NCBI RefSeq assembly: GCF_009914755.1
Contig: NC_060927.1
Reading direction: 5' to 3' (one strand)
Source of the DNA: the human T2T-CHM13v2.0 reference genome, Homo sapiens
DNA length: 64,000 bases
Under the pieces are notes generated by a model that saw only the letters and a list, made by a program, of their open reading frames with translations, made no database searches and had not been told where the DNA came from. Position 1 is the stretch's first letter, and each line of letters starts with the position of its first letter. A program made the position numbers and the translations under genes. Below, piece after piece: positions 26,419-64,000 of this stretch.

Positions 26419-26927
26419 AAAGAACTCATGTCCAGAATATTCAAACCTCTTCTATAAATTTGTAATAAAAATACAGACAACCCACTAGAAAAATGGGCAA
26501 AAGATGTTAACAAGCACTACCCAAGAGCATATTCAAATGAGCAATAAATATGCGAAAAGGTGATCAACTTCATTAATCAGGGAAATGCAAATTAAAACCA
26601 AAATTAGCTACGCTTAAAGAAGCTAGACACAGAATACACAGGGTATAATTCCATTTATAGGAAGGCTAGTGACAGAAAATAAATCAGTTGTTGCCTGGGG
26701 CTGGGGGTAGGGGTGGAAAGGACTGAGATGGGACTCAAGGGAACTTTCTGGAGGTGATATATATGTTCAACATCTTAATTACACTGGTGATTTTATAATT
26801 TGGCAATGCCCATCAAAATGTACAATTAAAGAGGATTAATTTTATTCTATGTACTCATACCTCAATAAAATTGATTTTTTAAAAGCACAATAGAGCTGGG
26901 CACATAGTCTAAAAGCACAAGTAGAGC

Positions 26928-27198
26928 AGTGGCTCATACTTGTAACCCTAGCACTTTGGGAGGCTGAGGTGGGAGGTTCACTTGAGCCCAGGAGTTCAAG
27001 ATCAGACTGGGCAACATAGCAAGACCTTGTCTCTACAGATAATTAAAAAATTAGTTGGGTGCGGTGGCACATGTCTGTGGTTCCAGCTACTCAGGAAGCT
27101 CAGGTGGGAGAATTGCTTGGGCCCAGGGGTGAAGGCTGCAGTGAGCCGTGATCAAACCACTGCACTCCAGCCTGGGGGAGAGAGCAAGCCCCTGTCTC

Positions 27199-27230
<32 letters not shown>

Positions 27231-27231
27231 C
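26928..27231 (+). mobile_element. AluJ with (CAA)n tail
   Basis: Alu dimer; CAA repeat at 27198-27231. Confidence 0.88.
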
Positions 27232-27347
27232 GAAAGCACAATAAGATACCACTACATTCTTCCAAAGTATAAACTAGTATGAGGAAAAAAACAAAAGAAA
27301 TACCAGTACATTCTCACCAGAAAAACTAAAATAAAAAAAAGTATTGA

Positions 27348-29416
<2,069 letters not shown>

Positions 29417-29490
29417 CCATATAATCCAGTCATTTCATTCCTTGGTGTTTAAGACAAATGCGTATATAGATTTGTCAGAAAATATCTAGT

Positions 29491-31161
<1,671 letters not shown>

Positions 31162-31497
31162 TGATTCCACTTTTCCTCTGGTTCTTTTCAATGGTTCCTT
31201 CCTGCTACCCCCCTCCCCCGGCAGCCCAATGGTTGAGCCCGGCTTCCCCGGGGGAAACCCCTTGGGGCGGATCACGCGGTATCAGCCAGTGGCCTCCCTG
31301 GTGGATAGAAGGATCGCTCTGCGCCGGGGGCGGGCCAGTAATCGTAGGCGGGGCGCGGGTCCAGAGCTCCGATTGGCCAGAGTCGGAGTAAACATCCGGC
31401 GGGACGGGGCGGGGCCGGAAGTGGAAGTGGAAGTAGAAGGCGGTGGCTGAGGCGGTTCCGGAGGTTCTAGTGTCGGAGTTGGGTGCAGGCAGGTGCC

Positions 31498-31521
31498 ATG
31501 GGCCCGCTTGAGGCACACTGA
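31498..31521 (+). other. Upstream ORF (MGPLEAH*) in the presumed 5' UTR
   Basis: GCCATGG at 31495-31501; ATG GGC CCG CTT GAG GCA CAC TGA; out of frame with the main CDS; stops 19 nt before the main ATG. Confidence 0.7.
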
Positions 31522-31540
31522 GGGGACGCGGGGCTGGGCC

Positions 31541-60017
<28,477 letters not shown>

Positions 60018-62199
60018 GTGAGGGGCCTGACTCAAGCATTGAGGGCAGGATAAGGGAGTGGTGACCAAGGAGACTCTTGATGCCTGCCCCACAAGGCCCT
60101 CGTGTGTTTGCCTGATGGGCTGGCTTGTGCACTCAGATGCCTTTGGCCCTCTGTCCTCTCAGAAAGGAGGAATTGTGTGTCCGTTCAACTATCTCCTGAT
60201 TTGCTCATGTCCCAGAAAATCAAAGCTTTCTGAACGTGACTCATTCAAAGATTTGCATCCACCAGGGGGTTCTGTTTCCAGAGGACCTCATAGAGTCTGC
60301 TATTCCAGATCTGGGCTTTAGTTACTTTTACATTTTTCCTTTTAAATGTGTGTTCAGCCAGAGGAAGTACAGAGCTGCCTGACCTCATTTGATTATAGAA
60401 ACATTAAAATTACTTCCACCATGCTCTTCTCCGTCATTGCACACCATGGAAGGGGCCTCTAGTCTTACTGGAAACATCTCTCTACCCTTAGCCCACACAG
60501 TCTGAAGGCTGCCAGCAGCTTTGCTTGCCACTTGCTTCAGACAGAACAAGTAGTTTTGTTTTTCTGCGACCTTTCCCATGTCCTGTTCCTCTGCCTGGCT
60601 GCCACCTCTCAGCTTCCTCTTGTCTGGCTGACATACTGCCCTTCAGGCTTTGGCTCGAGTGTCTGCTTCAGGAAGACTTCCCTGATCTGCCTCTTCCTTA
60701 TCCCTGGCGAGTTGGATGCCTGCATCTATATTCCCATTAACCCCCTGGGCACATCCATCATGGAATTTTCCACTGAGCTGTAGTCACTGATTTAGAGATC
60801 TGCTTCCCTGAAATCCTGGAGGACAGGGACCCACAGCTTGTGTGTCCCAGCACAGAAACAGGCACAGAGCCTAGAACTTGAAAGACTGAGCCAGTGAGCA
60901 ACAGAAAACATTCTGCCTCCCTGCTAGTTTCCCCTGTCCCCAGGTCTGGACAGCTCCCACCCAGCCTTGAGATCTCTCTTTCTTTGAAAGGCTGACCCAT
61001 CTATGTTAAGCAACTGGGTGCTCCTAGATCACCAATGTCAGTACCCTGTTGTCCTGATAGCAGCAAGGTCCATCTTGTTTTCTCTATATATATCCAGACC
61101 CTAATCACAAGGTTTATGCTCACAGCAACTGTTTGAGTGTATGAAGTAGGGTGATGTCAGAGTTCCCCAATGCAGGTGTTTGCAAGAGAGGGAGCACTGG
61201 GGAGGAAAGCAGACCAGTTGTTTGTTATGGTCTGGAAGCCTGGAGAAGGAACAGGTTTGGGGTACCTGTGCTGTGGTCTCATGTCCCAGGCTGTGCCTAG
61301 ACAGACTGAGTAGATAAAAGAACCGGCAGGCTTCCTTCTTTATGTGCTGCATGCAGAGGTCAAGTAGACTCTGCCCCAAGCCACCCTCTTTCTGGTCCCT
61401 TCCGGCACCATTTTTTCTCCTTATGCAGGTACAAACTGGATCTGATGAACTACTCAGCAAATGAGATGTGACAGTTCCAGGCACTGGTCCCAAGGATGTT
61501 TGCCTCTTTAGGAAGGGGTCCTGTGCGTGTGAGGAGGTACTCTGCTTAGTAGATGCAGGCCCTAGATCTAGGTCCCAGCTTGCCTGGCCCTTCCTGCAAG
61601 GCTCTGTGGCCTTGAACAGATGACCTCACTTCCCCCTGAAAATGGTGTTGGCAGTACCTATTTCAGAGTTGTGCCAGGCTCAAATATGATCACTGCTTGA
61701 AAGGGACTCCTGAACTGAAATACCAGACAGATTGTAATGATAATTATGAAGAGGCTGCTAGCTAGCTAATTCAGGGAAGTGAACACTGAAACTTCCAGGC
61801 GTGAAGGCAGCAGGGCTGGAGTGTAGCAGGCAGGCAGGCGCCTCCCAAGAGGCCACCTCTTCAGTGTTGCTCAACCTGTTTTGTCTCACTGGGGCTCCTA
61901 GCATGCTCTTCCTTGGCTGGGTGTGGGCTCTGCCTTTTCTGCCCGCAAAGCCCTGGGGTGCCGGTACCCTGTTCCTTTTCACCATCTCCCCAGGTGATCT
62001 CATCCATCGTCCACACCATGAGCCCACAGCCAGGCCTCTCTGATCCATACCTGCATCACCTTTCACACATGTCCCTTCAGGCGGCCCCTCAGACTCAAGC
62101 TGTCCAGAGTAGAGTTGGCCATGGCCCACCATTTACCCAGATGCTCACACCTGAAACTCGAGTTCTTTGCTCCCACCACATCCATCACCAGCTCCCATC

Positions 62200-63157
<958 letters not shown>

Positions 63158-64000
63158 TAGGAGCAGTTGTGGCAGGACACATGTGTCTTGCTGCCCTCCA
63201 TGTAACCGAATTGAATTCCGTAGAGGTATGCCCCTTCTTTCTGTGTCCTAAGACCCCTCCCTGGGGCTGCTGTCCCTCAGGCACTCAGCATTGCCCCAGC
63301 TATGAAGAAGCAGCAAGGAACATTCTGCAATGACCTCCTAGTCCCTGAACACTAAGCCTTAGAGATGCCAAAACAGCCTCTGCCCTCATGGGGATTAGAC
63401 TAGGAAAAGAGGCAACAACGTAACCATCACCTACATTACAGTTTTTACCAGTGGTCACAGAAACCCCAAAGAGAAGATAATTGGTCTGGGCCTTTGAAGG
63501 ATGAGTAGGAGTTTACCAACCAGCAGAAAGAGTACTCTAGGCATAGAAACATAAGCAGAGGCATGGCATTTAGCTCAGCTCCCAGAGACTTTTTCATGAA
63601 GCACGTAGGATGAGAGAGTCAGGCACGAGCCTTGTTTGTTTGTTTGTTTGTTTGTTTTTTAGCATATCTCCTCGGTCATCACTTTGAGCAGTTCCCTCAG
63701 ACTTCTGCTTCTTACTCTGGTGTTATAGGAAGAGTACCTACAGTGATTAAGAATGTGGACTTTGGAGTCTGGCAGGGCTGGATTTATCCCTCAGCTCAGC
63801 CGTGTGACCTTGGCCCTCTACCAGCCCAGCCCTCCCCAGCCTGTAGTTCCTGCCCCAGCCTTGGGAACTTGCTGCCCCTCCCTGATGGTCAGCATCTCCT
63901 CCAGACAGCCGTCATGGTGGCTGGCATTCCGCAGCTCTCTTGTCCTCGGCAGGGCCTGCCCTCCCCGGCTGCTGCAGTCTTCCCCTAGCCCACCTGACGC

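Noticed and set aside
26982-27272. Apparent polyglutamine ORF
   Set aside because: The (CAA)n run is the tail of an AluJ
60259-60272. CTCF-like CCACCAGGGGGTTC
   Set aside because: Lacks the 3' GC end of the core motif; cannot be supported without ChIP data

Overview
Primate (very likely human) genomic DNA, extremely rich in Alu, L1 and LTR repeats. The right half holds the 5' part of MTMR14 (myotubularin-related phosphoinositide phosphatase, JUMPY) on the + strand. It has a TATA-less CpG-island promoter at about 31.2-31.7 kb and nine coding exons (ATG at 31541, codons 1-299, all GT-AG introns, frame checked across every junction). The catalytic CX5R motif and the rest of the gene lie beyond the window. 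The left half is intergenic and consists of nested transposons. These include a two-LTR, minus-strand LTR8-type ERV1 provirus with a tRNA-Pro PBS and a PPT (12345-26418), several solo LTRs, old L1M fragments and many Alus. Almost all ORFs in the supplied track are Alu- or L1-derived artefacts. I see no evidence for a new multi-gene system. The most interesting unexplained signals are small: a strong-Kozak uORF just before the MTMR14 start, candidate poison or alternative splice sites, a 48-nt templated copy inside an Alu, a perfect 15-bp hairpin inserted in an MLT1 LTR, and a non-repeat, exon-like open stretch at about 10.5 kb. Repeat family names come from my recollection of consensus sequences, and repeat boundaries are approximate unless a TSD is quoted.
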